Assembly (NCBI GenBank): GCA_937876195.1
Contig: CALEIK010000016.1
Span: forward strand, 33,358-97,357
Length of the DNA stretch: 64,000 nt
Direction: 5' to 3'
Source of the DNA: an uncultured Flavobacteriales bacterium
GTDB lineage: Bacteria > Bacteroidota > Bacteroidia > Flavobacteriales_D > Crocinitomicaceae
Shown: in pieces, positions 1 to 9,280 of the stretch
Position numbering within the stretch: position 1 is the stretch's first letter
Layout of the letters: each line of letters starts with the position of its first letter
The notes under the pieces: generated by a model
Told to the model about the DNA's origin: nothing
Databases searched by the model: none
What the model saw: only the letters and a program-made list of their open reading frames with translations
Position numbers and translations under genes: made by a program

Positions 1-578
1 GAGTCACAGGAAATTATGTGTATGCATCGTACAAAGCTTCAGTAGATGCCATGTTTGGCAGTGTGAGTGTTTTGGAAGCAGGAAATAGTATGGAGCGTTT
101 GTTGACGACCAAAGGAATGGAAGGAATGATGAATACCATTTGGTTGATTATTTGTGCAATGGCATTTGGTGGAGTGATGGAAGCTTGTGGATTGTTACAG
201 AAAATTACGAAGTCTGTAGTTTCAGTGGCTAAATCAACAGGATCACTCATAGCAACAACCGCAGGAACCTGTGTGTTTTTCAATGCCACAGCATCCGATC
301 AGTACTTGGCAATTGTTGTTCCTGGAAGAATGTTTGCCGATACCTACGAAGAAAGAGGCTTGGCACCAGAGAATTTGAGTCGAACATTGGAAGATTCAGG
401 GACTGTAACGTCCGTTCTATTCCCATGGAATACGTGTGGTGCAGCGCAATCATCGATTTTACATGTAGCTACTGGTGAGTATTGGATGTACTGCTTTTTC
501 AACTTAATCAGTCCATTGATGACAGTGTTTTTTGGCTATTTCAACATTGGAATAAAGCGACTTCCAGCAACCAAATAA
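1..578 (+). CDS. nhaC: Na+/H+ antiporter NhaC family, C-terminal portion (5' end outside window)
   Basis: Frame of ORF 18..578 stays open back to base 3. Translation is polytopic membrane (NTIWLIICAMAFGGVMEACGLL, FPWNTCGAAQS), like the C-terminal half of NhaC antiporters. Stop at 576-578. Confidence 0.75.
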   Translation, partial: VTGNYVYASYKASVDAMFGSVSVLEAGNSMERLLTTKGMEGMMNTIWLIICAMAFGGVMEACGLLQKITKSVVSVAKSTGSLIATTAGTCVFFNATASDQYLAIVVPGRMFADTYEERGLAPENLSRTLEDSGTVTSVLFPWNTCGAAQSSILHVATGEYWMYCFFNLISPLMTVFFGYFNIGIKRLPATK

Positions 579-640
579 AGATTACAATCAATTACCGAAG
601 ATTCAAGTGCGCTAAACTTCCAAATTCACGCGAGTTTTCT

Positions 641-648
641 TACTTTTG
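641..648 (+). promoter_or_regulatory. Bacteroidota-type -7 promoter box (TAnnTTTG) upstream of ffh
   Basis: TACTTTTG lies 22 nt upstream of the ffh ATG at 670. No Shine-Dalgarno is present, as is typical for the phylum. Confidence 0.4.
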
Positions 649-669
649 TATCCCGAAATCTGAATAAAT

Positions 670-2019
670 ATGTTTGAAAATTTAACGGAGAAGTTTGATA
701 GAGCGTTTAAAGTCTTAAAAGGACATGGACAAATTTCTGAAATCAATGTCGCTGAAACTCTAAAGGAGGTGCGCCGCGCATTGTTGGATGCCGATGTCAA
801 TTTTAAAACGGCAAAGGAATTTACAACCACCGTTAAAGAAAAGGCACTAGGTCAAAACGTATTGACTTCGATTTCACCAGGTCAGCTGATGATTAAAATC
901 TGCCACGAGGAGTTGGTAGAATTAATGGGTGGAAATGAGGTAGAGATCAACATCAAAGGAAATCCAGGGATTATTTTGATGTCTGGACTTCAGGGTTCTG
1001 GTAAAACAACATTTTCAGGGAAATTAGGAAGCTACCTTAAGAATAAGAAAGGAAAGAACCCATTGTTAGTCGCGTGTGATGTTTACCGTCCCGCTGCGAT
1101 TGATCAATTGCATGTACTCGGTGAGCAATTGGGAATCGAAGTCTTTTCGAACAAGGAAGAGAAAAATCCAGTTAAAATAGCACAAGCAGCAGTTCAGCAT
1201 GCAAAGAGTAAAGGCTTTAATGTAGTCATTATAGATACCGCAGGTCGTTTGGCAGTGGATGAGCAGATGATGAACGAGATTGCTGACGTGAAGAATGCCA
1301 TTCAACCAACGGAAACGTTGTTTGTTGTAGATTCCATGACAGGTCAGGATGCCGTGAATACTGCAAAGGCATTCGACGATCGCATCAATTTTGACGGAGT
1401 TGTTCTAACAAAACTGGATGGTGATACGAGAGGTGGAGCTGCCTTGTCCATTAAATCTGTTGTCAACAAGCCAATTAAGTTTGTTGGAACAGGTGAGAAG
1501 ATGGATGCACTTGATGTTTTCTATCCAGCGCGTATGGCGGACAGAATTCTTGGAAAGGGAGACATCGTTTCCTTGGTAGAGCGCGCACAAGAACAATTTG
1601 ATGAAGAAGAATCGCGTAAGCTTCAGAAAAGAATTAAGAAAAATCAATTCGATTTCAACGATTTCCTAGGACAATTACAGCAAGTAAAGAAGATGGGGAA
1701 CGTGAAGGATTTGATGGGAATGATGCCTGGAATGGGGAAAGCCCTAAAAGATGTCGAAATAGAAGACGACGCGTTTAAATACATCGAAGCGATTATTTAT
1801 TCAATGACCGCAGCGGAAAGAGAAAATCCAGATCTAATCAACGGACCACGAAAAATCAGAATTGCGAAAGGAAGTGGAACGAACATCCAAGAAGTGAACA
1901 AATTGATGAAACAATTTGAGGACACGAAAAAGATGATGAAAATGATGAGCAATCCTGCCAAAATGCGTCAGATGATGAAGCAGATGAAAGGCATGGGCGG
2001 TGGAATGCCTGGGGTTTAA
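670..2019 (+). CDS. ffh: signal recognition particle protein Ffh (SRP54)
   Basis: 449 aa. GTPase motifs GLQGSGKTT, DTAGR and TKLDGD, followed by a Met-rich M domain (MGMMPGMG, MMKMMSNPAKMRQMMKQMKGMGGGMPG). Confidence 0.97.
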   Translation: MFENLTEKFDRAFKVLKGHGQISEINVAETLKEVRRALLDADVNFKTAKEFTTTVKEKALGQNVLTSISPGQLMIKICHEELVELMGGNEVEINIKGNPGIILMSGLQGSGKTTFSGKLGSYLKNKKGKNPLLVACDVYRPAAIDQLHVLGEQLGIEVFSNKEEKNPVKIAQAAVQHAKSKGFNVVIIDTAGRLAVDEQMMNEIADVKNAIQPTETLFVVDSMTGQDAVNTAKAFDDRINFDGVVLTKLDGDTRGGAALSIKSVVNKPIKFVGTGEKMDALDVFYPARMADRILGKGDIVSLVERAQEQFDEEESRKLQKRIKKNQFDFNDFLGQLQQVKKMGNVKDLMGMMPGMGKALKDVEIEDDAFKYIEAIIYSMTAAERENPDLINGPRKIRIAKGSGTNIQEVNKLMKQFEDTKKMMKMMSNPAKMRQMMKQMKGMGGGMPGV

Positions 2020-2022
2020 AGC

Positions 2023-2370
2023 CTAATCAATCGTTTTAAACAATTGTTTTAACGAGAAGAGCATGTTTTCTTCTAACAAGTCCATGTTATCGCCATCCGC
2101 GTAAAACAATCGCTTAATATCTTTGACCAACACCTTCAAGTCATTTTTGGAATAATGAAATTTTTCTAGGTTGAAGAGGATCTTTTGAATGCGTTGATAA
2201 TCATTATCGTTTTGCAATTCCCTGTGTATTTTACTGTACGACTCGTTGGTGACAAGCGTACGAATAACAGCACGTTCTTCTTCCGTTCTTACATAATCCG
2301 CCTCTGCGGCATGCATCAATAAATACGCTTTGAATTCTTCTCTTGTCCAATCTGTGCTAAATTCTTCCAT
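2023..2370 (-). CDS. hypothetical protein (possibly TerB-like helical protein)
   Basis: 115-aa ORF with ATG start, convergent with ffh. Acidic helical sequence (HAAEADYVRTEEERAVI) resembles small TerB-family proteins. The function is tentative. Confidence 0.55.
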   Translation of the reverse strand: MEEFSTDWTREEFKAYLLMHAAEADYVRTEEERAVIRTLVTNESYSKIHRELQNDNDYQRIQKILFNLEKFHYSKNDLKVLVKDIKRLFYADGDNMDLLEENMLFSLKQLFKTID

Positions 2371-2453
2371 GCTTGTTATTTGTAATTACTAAGATAGGAG
2401 ATTTAATTGAAATTTGGATGTTTAAGAAGAAGGAAGTTTAGAAATGAAGTTAA

Positions 2454-2516
2454 GAGTTTAGAATTAAGAGTTTAGAATTTTTCAACTCTGCATTCTAAAC
2501 TCTACATTCTAAACTC
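2454..2516. repeat. long imperfect palindrome built from tandem AAGAGTTTAGAAT units (25-nt arms, 13-nt loop)
   Basis: Left arm 2454-2478 (gagtttagaat-ta-agagtttagaat) pairs with right arm 2492-2516 at 23 of 25 positions. An extra AGTTTAGAA copy sits at ~2434-2442. The element lies between divergent gene starts. Confidence 0.85.
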
Positions 2517-2591
2517 AAAACCTGATAAATGTCATAATTCATTGATTGTCTATTGATTAAATTCGCTGTGATATACACCAAAAATTCACTT

Positions 2592-3131
2592 ATGCCGTTT
2601 AACGCATTTGATCATTCAATTCTTGGGGAGATAAGGCCACGATTTAAGTTGAGAATTAAGTCGGAGCCAGAGATTGCTTTGAAACATTTGGAAGAAAAGC
2701 TTCTGGAGGACATCACCGTGGCTGGAGATCGGTCCAATAGTTATGTTTTTCTTCGGACGCCAAAACACCTTCAGCATTATTGGTCACCAGAGCTGTCTGT
2801 TCGGATTGAAATAGAAGAATACACGGAATTTACTTCTGTTTTTTGTTTGGTGGGGCCTAAACAGTCCGTTTGGGCAATGTTTGCGTTTATTTATGCTACA
2901 CTTTTTTTCGCTTCAACCTTCGGAGGAATTTATGGAATTGTAAAATATCAGAATTCAGGTGATTCAAATTGGCTCTGGACAATTCCAGTTGGTATTGTAC
3001 TTACGTTTTCAGTCTTCGTTACGTCGAAGCTTGGACAAAAGAAAGGAAGGGACCAAATGCTGCATTTGATTAGCTTTTTGTATCATTCTTTGGAGGAGAT
3101 TACAAAAGTGGAGCGGATGACCTATATGTAG
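2592..3131 (+). CDS. hypothetical membrane protein
   Basis: The ORF track starts at a TTG (2553); the first ATG is at 2592. The C-terminal half has two hydrophobic segments (WAMFAFIYATLFFASTFGGIYGI, WTIPVGIVLTFSVFVT). Start choice is uncertain. Confidence 0.6.
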   Translation: MPFNAFDHSILGEIRPRFKLRIKSEPEIALKHLEEKLLEDITVAGDRSNSYVFLRTPKHLQHYWSPELSVRIEIEEYTEFTSVFCLVGPKQSVWAMFAFIYATLFFASTFGGIYGIVKYQNSGDSNWLWTIPVGIVLTFSVFVTSKLGQKKGRDQMLHLISFLYHSLEEITKVERMTYM

Positions 3132-3243
3132 TCTCGTTTTAGCTCTCTTGAGCAATAAAGTTGTTTATACATCGTTTTTATGCCATTAACAAAATTAATC
3201 TGTGCATGAACTAACATTACTTAACGATTAAATAATACAATTT

Positions 3244-3897
3244 ATGAAACGAGTAATGTTATCCGTTGGAATTTCAATTTTATTTCTAACAGCCTGTAAA
3301 AAAGAAAATCCAGTAAACATTCCACCTGAACAAACCCCAGCACTTGCCTATGAATTTCCGGCAAAAGAAGGTTCCTATTGGGTATATGATTGTTATGAGG
3401 TAGACTCTAATGGTGTTGAAATAAGTTTAAATACTGTCGATAGTGTATTCATATTAGGAGATACATTAATTAATGGTAATACCTATGCAATTCATAAAGG
3501 GCAATACTTTGGTGGGAGTTATTCAACGTATTTTCAAAGAGATTCTATGGGGTATATTGTCGGTAACCACGGAAATGTTGTGTTTAAGTATGTAGATTTT
3601 AATACACCTATTGCTTCTGGTTCAGATGGACTTTGGGATTATTATATACGTGTTTTGGAAGATGAAGCTCCAATTACAGTTCCCACTGGAACCTTTCAAT
3701 CTTTGGTTAGTGAATATTATATTTATAGCCCAACTGGCACGGCGATAAATAATTGTGGCGATATAGACTATAGTTACAAAACTTATATGGTGAGTGGAAT
3801 TGGACAAGTATATCATGAAGCACCAACATACTCTGGTGATTTTATTTCTTCGTGTAAAAAACGAGTGCGGCGCCTCGTTCACTATTACATTCCATGA
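3244..3897 (+). CDS. hypothetical lipoprotein
   Basis: 217 aa. Signal peptide with lipobox-like LTAC (MKRVMLSVGISILFLTAC). Confidence 0.7.
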   Translation: MKRVMLSVGISILFLTACKKENPVNIPPEQTPALAYEFPAKEGSYWVYDCYEVDSNGVEISLNTVDSVFILGDTLINGNTYAIHKGQYFGGSYSTYFQRDSMGYIVGNHGNVVFKYVDFNTPIASGSDGLWDYYIRVLEDEAPITVPTGTFQSLVSEYYIYSPTGTAINNCGDIDYSYKTYMVSGIGQVYHEAPTYSGDFISSCKKRVRRLVHYYIP

Positions 3898-3912
3898 TAA
3901 TTAGCTGTAATG

Positions 3913-3950
3913 AAAGTGACTTGGGCATATGTTCGAGTCACTTTTATTTT
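3913..3950. terminator. bidirectional intrinsic terminator between convergent genes
   Basis: 9-bp stem aaagtgact (3913-3921) / agtcacttt (3936-3944), followed by ttttatttt. Confidence 0.6.
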
Positions 3951-3970
3951 AATTCGAAACGAACATCTAT

Positions 3971-4723
3971 TTAAAATGTCTTCAACTCCACCTTGTCTTC
4001 AGAAACTTCCAAATACGTATTGTAATTGATCCATTCTCCCAAATTGAAATAGGTGGAATTTTCACCAACCTTAATTTCCAAGGGTAAGTGGCGGTGTCCG
4101 AAAATAAAATAGTCGTAGTGCTCAGTTTTTAGTTTTTCTTTGCAATACTGAACAAGCCACTCATTTTCTTCTCCTAGAAATTCTTCGTCTGTTTTGCCAG
4201 TTTTTGCGCGACTTGTCTTTGATGATTTTTCCGCGAGCCAAATACCGAAATTTGGGTGAAGGCGTGCAAAGCACCATTGACAGAATTTATTGGCAAATAC
4301 TTTCTTTAAAAATTTATAGCCTTTATCGCCAGGTCCGAGACCGTCTCCGTGACCGATGAAATATTTTTTCCCAAAGAAGGTACGTTCGATAGGTACTCGA
4401 TAGAGTTTTACGCCAAGTTCTTTCGGGAGGTAATCAAAAATCCACATGTCGTGATTGCCCGTAAAGACGTGCACGGGAATTCCTTTGTCTGTCAATTCGG
4501 CAATTTTACCTTGTATACGCGCGAAACCTCTCGGAATAGCACGTTTGTATTCAAACCAAAAATCGAAAAGATCACCCACCAAAAAGATTTCTTCCGCGGT
4601 TGCTTCAATTTCGTTGAGCCACGCAACAATGCGTTTTTCACGTGCTAAACTTGAAGCGTAATCAGGAGCTCCTAGGTGAAAGTCCGATGCGAAGTAGATT
4701 TTTTTTGCAGGCTGTTCACTCAT
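3971..4723 (-). CDS. lpxH: UDP-2,3-diacylglucosamine diphosphatase LpxH
   Basis: 250 aa. Calcineurin-like metallophosphoesterase motifs (FASDFHLG, GDLFDFW, GNHDMW, GHRH) and typical LpxH length. Confidence 0.88.
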   Translation of the reverse strand: MSEQPAKKIYFASDFHLGAPDYASSLAREKRIVAWLNEIEATAEEIFLVGDLFDFWFEYKRAIPRGFARIQGKIAELTDKGIPVHVFTGNHDMWIFDYLPKELGVKLYRVPIERTFFGKKYFIGHGDGLGPGDKGYKFLKKVFANKFCQWCFARLHPNFGIWLAEKSSKTSRAKTGKTDEEFLGEENEWLVQYCKEKLKTEHYDYFIFGHRHLPLEIKVGENSTYFNLGEWINYNTYLEVSEDKVELKTF

Positions 4724-5829
4724 TACTCTCCAAGTAAACGCTCGAGTTCAGCTGTTAATTCTGCACCTCTTAATCTTGTCTTGACGATTTTTCCTTCTTG
4801 ATCAATCAGTACAGTAAATGGAATTCCAGATACACCATAAAGACGACCGACTTTACTCGACCATTGTTGAAGATCGCTCACGTGGTAAGGCCAAGAAAGA
4901 TTGTCTTTTTCAATCGCTGCCACCCAGTTCGCATGACTTTTATCAAGTGAAACACTCATTACTGTAAATCCTTTGTCTTTGTACTTCTCGTAAAGTTCTA
5001 CCACGTGTGGGTTTTCCTTGCGACACGGTCCGCACCATGATGCCCAGAAATCAAGAAGCACAATTTTACCTCTTAAATCTGAAAGTTTCATCGTCGTTTT
5101 CTGATCAACCATCAATTCCTCAAAGTCAGGTGCTAAATTTCCTGGTGCCATTTTATCGTTGGCTTGTCTTTGTGCTTGAATTGCTTCAAAGTTCTTTTGT
5201 AAGGATTGGATGGTTGGAGATTCACTAAACGATGCAACTAATTGTTTTACTACTGTTTCATAACTCGCGAAATCATTTTGAATATCAAGTGTGCTTAACA
5301 CAGCTATGAGGGCAGGGGAATTTTGATTTGCATTGATAAATGAGCGTTGTTCTCCTTGAAATTTTTGGTACTCTCCGCGCATAACATTGGTGACTTCTGC
5401 TGTTTTTTCAGGATTTGCTTTGACGATAGCAGTGGCAGAATCACTTTTATGTTGCCATTCCTGCGACACTTTAATGAACTTGTACATATTCGATGATACT
5501 TCTGAATCTACAATATTTACAAAGTCATCTAGATTTTTCCCGTCACCGTAAACTTTGATATCGGATCTATCTCTCAACACCAAGTTAATGTTTGTTTCAC
5601 CAACGCGAAGCACATAGTAATCAGGATATGGAACTTCTCCTTCGATTTCAAACGTTCCATCCTTTTTAAATTTTCCCGTTAAAAGATCGGTTACTTGTTG
5701 ACCCTGGAAAAGGGAGATGATTGCTGTTTCTGATGGTGCATTAAAAATGTTTCCTGATACTTTTACCTTAATTTGTGCATTCAAACTTATTGAAATGCAC
5801 ATAAATAGTACTAGTGTAATAATTCTCAT
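4723..5829 (-). CDS. TlpA/ResA-like thiol:disulfide oxidoreductase (thioredoxin fold) with N-terminal beta-rich domain
   Basis: 368 aa. Signal peptide. C-terminal domain LLDFWASWCGPCRKENP...GIPFTVLID (WCGPC active site). Confidence 0.85.
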   Translation of the reverse strand: MRIITLVLFMCISISLNAQIKVKVSGNIFNAPSETAIISLFQGQQVTDLLTGKFKKDGTFEIEGEVPYPDYYVLRVGETNINLVLRDRSDIKVYGDGKNLDDFVNIVDSEVSSNMYKFIKVSQEWQHKSDSATAIVKANPEKTAEVTNVMRGEYQKFQGEQRSFINANQNSPALIAVLSTLDIQNDFASYETVVKQLVASFSESPTIQSLQKNFEAIQAQRQANDKMAPGNLAPDFEELMVDQKTTMKLSDLRGKIVLLDFWASWCGPCRKENPHVVELYEKYKDKGFTVMSVSLDKSHANWVAAIEKDNLSWPYHVSDLQQWSSKVGRLYGVSGIPFTVLIDQEGKIVKTRLRGAELTAELERLLGE

Positions 5830-5835
5830 AATTGT

Positions 5836-7008
5836 TTATTTTTCGAAGATTTCAATCAATTTCTGTTCCAAAGAGCTTCCACGCAATCCAGTCGCAATGA
5901 TTTTGCCCTCTGGATCCACAAGAACGGTGTGTGGAATTCCATTAAAACCGTACAATTGCGGCATCGGAGACTTCCATTGCAGAAGATCACTGACATGATT
6001 GGGCCAGATTAAACCGTCCGCAGCAATGGCCGCTTTCCAATCTTCAGCGTTGTTATCTAAGGAGACAGAATAGACCGTAAATCCTTTGTTTTTGTACTTA
6101 TTGTACATCCGAACTACGTTCGGGCTTTCTTTTCGACAAGGACCGCACCACGCTGCCCAAAAATCGATGAGGACATACTTTCCACGTAAAGAGGAAAGTC
6201 TCAATTCTTTACCTTCTGGTGTATTTAACGCAATTTCTGGCGCCTGACGTTCTCCAGAATTGTTGGCTTTGTAATCGTTGTAGGCAATTTCTATTTCGTA
6301 CACTTGGTTCGACATGTTTGTCGCCATCGGTGAATCTGGATAATCGTTCATGTATGCATTAGAAACCTTTTTGAGGACCTCTAAATTTTTTGGATCCCAA
6401 CCTTCAAATCCCATTGCAGGTGTCGCTGAAGAAGACAAAACGAGGTTGAAAGGATTTGCTGGATCTTTTTCCATCTGTTCCATTGCAAAAGCATCTACCG
6501 AAGATTTTAATTCCATAAATCGCTCGCTGAGTTCATCGTCACTAATTTTACCTTTCAACTGCATAAGTTCGGCTTGCTGTATATGAAAAGTTGAGAAAAC
6601 CTTCATATAGTCTGTCATCACTTTTGCCCACTTCGTACCATTTACAATAGGAGCAGTTTCAAAGGTTTTAAAATTACCTGAAATGGAAACTTTATCGTTT
6701 GGAACAAGGGTCACAGGGATAATTTTATCGTTGGACTCACCTAAACGTAATTGGTACAGCCCAAAACCTGGGATATTTCCGACCATGGAAAATTTACCGT
6801 TCCCGTCAGCTTTCACCTGTGCTACACTAATGTTGCCCTGTTGACTTATAGCTTCAAGATAAAATGTGGTATTCTGAGCCCCTTCAATTTCACCATTGAT
6901 GACAAAATTATCTTCAAGTTCGTCTGTTTCATCGTCAGTTTCGGTTGCAGTGTCGTTACACGATACAAGCATTAGTGGAAGCAAGAAGAGTATTAAATAG
7001 TACTTCAT
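5836..7008 (-). CDS. TlpA/ResA-like thiol:disulfide oxidoreductase lipoprotein (paralogue of the neighbouring gene)
   Basis: 390 aa. Lipobox LVSC. LIDFWAAWCGPCRKESP...GIPHTVLVD. Same architecture as 4723..5829. Confidence 0.85.
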   Translation of the reverse strand: MKYYLILFLLPLMLVSCNDTATETDDETDELEDNFVINGEIEGAQNTTFYLEAISQQGNISVAQVKADGNGKFSMVGNIPGFGLYQLRLGESNDKIIPVTLVPNDKVSISGNFKTFETAPIVNGTKWAKVMTDYMKVFSTFHIQQAELMQLKGKISDDELSERFMELKSSVDAFAMEQMEKDPANPFNLVLSSSATPAMGFEGWDPKNLEVLKKVSNAYMNDYPDSPMATNMSNQVYEIEIAYNDYKANNSGERQAPEIALNTPEGKELRLSSLRGKYVLIDFWAAWCGPCRKESPNVVRMYNKYKNKGFTVYSVSLDNNAEDWKAAIAADGLIWPNHVSDLLQWKSPMPQLYGFNGIPHTVLVDPEGKIIATGLRGSSLEQKLIEIFEK

Positions 7009-8465
7009 AGTTTTTCAAGTGTTTGACGCATCAATTGGTTTGCGGCTTTCGGGTCTGCTTTACCTTTAGAGATTTTCATCAGTTGTCCCATGAAAAAACC
7101 GACCAATTGTTTATCGCCATTTCTATAACGTTCAACCTCCGTAGGATGTTGCTTTATAACATCCTCAATAAATGTTAAAATGGAATCTTCGTTCGAATCT
7201 TGGATCAAATTATTGGATTCAGCAATTTCGATTGGAGAAAGTTCTGGGTGTTGAAGCATTTCGGGAAATACCTTTTGAGAGGCAATTGAAGACGATATTT
7301 TTCCTGAGGAAATTACTTCAATTAATTCTGCCACTCTCAATGGTTTAAGGGGAAACTTTTCAATATCAATTCCATGGTGATTGAGGTGCGATTTAACATC
7401 TCCCATCATCCAGTTCGCCGCAGCTTTGTAGTTTGAAGTGTGTTTGATGACTTCTTCAAAATAGAGCGCAATCTCTTTGATGTCCGTCAAATTGTACGCA
7501 TCGTACGGAGATAGTTGCAACTCTTTCGTGTATTTCGCGAAAAGTTCGCGCGGCAATGCTGGCATTTCGCTCTTAATGGCATCAATCTGTTTTTGATCAA
7601 TGATCAATGGTTGCAAGTCTGGTTCTGGGAAAAAACGATAATCGTTGGCTGCTTCTTTCGAACGCATGGAGATCGTTGTCCCGTGCAATGCATCGAAAGA
7701 TCGGGTTTCTGCAACGATTGTTTCTCCGTTTTCAATGGCCATGATTTGACGTTCGATTTCAAAATCAATCGCTTTTTGAACGTTGCGCATCGAGTTCATG
7801 TTTTTGACTTCGACTTTCGTTCCAAATTCTTTTGCAGCATGCAGCATCACCGAAATATTCGCATCACAACGCAAGGAACTCTCTTCCATGTTTCCATCAC
7901 AAATATCTAAATAGCGCACCAATTTACGGACTTCCGTCACGTAGTTGTATGCTTCTGTTGAAGAACGAATATCTGGCTCCGAGACGATTTCCAACAAAGG
8001 AACACCAGCCCTGTTTAAATCAACCAAGGTATCAAATACATCGACATCGTGGATACTCTTCCCTGCATCTTCCTCCATGTGAATACGCGTAAGTCCAATG
8101 GCTTTTTCGTTGCCTTCATCATCTTTGATGTAGATCTTACCATTGGTGCAAATAGGGTGTTTGTCCTGCGTGATTTGGTATCCTTTCGGTAAATCTGGGT
8201 AGAAATAATTTTTCCGATCGAAGTGCTGATACTCAGTAATATCCGATTCACAGGCGATGCCCAATTTGATCGCAAACTCAATCGTTTTCTTGTTCATTTT
8301 GGGTAGAGTCCCAGGGTGCCCAAGTGTCACGACGCTTACATTGGTATTCGGTGTAGCTCCAAATTCATTCACGTCAGAAGAGTACGCCTTACTTTTTGTA
8401 AGCATTTGTGCATGGACTTCTAATCCAATCACCACTTCGTATTTTGATCTAATTTCTGGTGTCAT
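7005..8465 (-). CDS. gatB: Asp-tRNA(Asn)/Glu-tRNA(Gln) amidotransferase subunit B
   Basis: 486 aa. N-terminus YEVVIGLEVHAQM, then RCDANISV and the GatB/YqeY C-terminal tail. Overlaps the downstream gene by 4 nt. Confidence 0.95.
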   Translation of the reverse strand: MTPEIRSKYEVVIGLEVHAQMLTKSKAYSSDVNEFGATPNTNVSVVTLGHPGTLPKMNKKTIEFAIKLGIACESDITEYQHFDRKNYFYPDLPKGYQITQDKHPICTNGKIYIKDDEGNEKAIGLTRIHMEEDAGKSIHDVDVFDTLVDLNRAGVPLLEIVSEPDIRSSTEAYNYVTEVRKLVRYLDICDGNMEESSLRCDANISVMLHAAKEFGTKVEVKNMNSMRNVQKAIDFEIERQIMAIENGETIVAETRSFDALHGTTISMRSKEAANDYRFFPEPDLQPLIIDQKQIDAIKSEMPALPRELFAKYTKELQLSPYDAYNLTDIKEIALYFEEVIKHTSNYKAAANWMMGDVKSHLNHHGIDIEKFPLKPLRVAELIEVISSGKISSSIASQKVFPEMLQHPELSPIEIAESNNLIQDSNEDSILTFIEDVIKQHPTEVERYRNGDKQLVGFFMGQLMKISKGKADPKAANQLMRQTLEKL

Positions 8466-8467
8466 AA

Positions 8468-9280
8468 TTACACGCGGGCAATAAGTTCTTTCATTATTTT
8501 GGTCATATTCGGTTCTTGCTTGTTGGCAACCTCAATAACGTCTTCAACACTCGTTTCTTGAATCTTTCCTGGAACGCCTAAATCTGTAATAATAGAAATA
8601 GCAAAACAAGGAATATCCATGTGTCGCGCTACGATAACTTCAGGCACAGTTGACATTCCAACGGTGTCCGCACCAATAACACGTACGTATTTGTATTCCG
8701 CTGGAGTTTCCAATGTTGGACCTGTCAATCCAGCATACACGCCCTGTGTAACACGAATACTATTCTCCTTAGCGATGTCGTGCGCTAACGCAATCATTTT
8801 TTTGCAATAGGGTTGTGACATATCAGGGAATCGTGGTCCTAAATCATCGAAATTTTTCCCAATTAGTGGATGCGCAGGAAATAGATTGATGTGATCGTCA
8901 ATGATCATTATTTCTCCAATTTCGTAGTCAGGATTAACTCCGCCTGAAGCATTGGAGAGAAACAATCGCTCTATACCCATTAATTTCATTACACGTACTG
9001 GAAACGTCACCTCTTGCATCGTATATCCTTCGTAAAAATGGAAGCGCCCTTGCATGGCAACGACATGCTTTCCGCCGAGTTCACCGAAAATCAATTTTCC
9101 TGAGTGACTTTGCACGGTTGACAATGGGAAGTGGGGGATATCTTTGTAAGGGATTTCATCAATGATGTTGATTTCCTTTACCAGACCACCCAGTCCAGTT
9201 CCTAAAATGATTCCAACCGTTGGCTTTACGTTTGTTTTTGATTGAATGTATGCGTAAGATTCTTTAAATTTCGTTAACAT
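8468..9280 (-). CDS. purine nucleoside phosphorylase (trimeric PNP/PunA type)
   Basis: 270 aa. GIILGTGLGGL, HSGKLIFGELGGKHVVAMQGRFHFYEGY, VGMSTVPEVIVARH. Confidence 0.9.
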   Translation of the reverse strand: MLTKFKESYAYIQSKTNVKPTVGIILGTGLGGLVKEINIIDEIPYKDIPHFPLSTVQSHSGKLIFGELGGKHVVAMQGRFHFYEGYTMQEVTFPVRVMKLMGIERLFLSNASGGVNPDYEIGEIMIIDDHINLFPAHPLIGKNFDDLGPRFPDMSQPYCKKMIALAHDIAKENSIRVTQGVYAGLTGPTLETPAEYKYVRVIGADTVGMSTVPEVIVARHMDIPCFAISIITDLGVPGKIQETSVEDVIEVANKQEPNMTKIMKELIARV

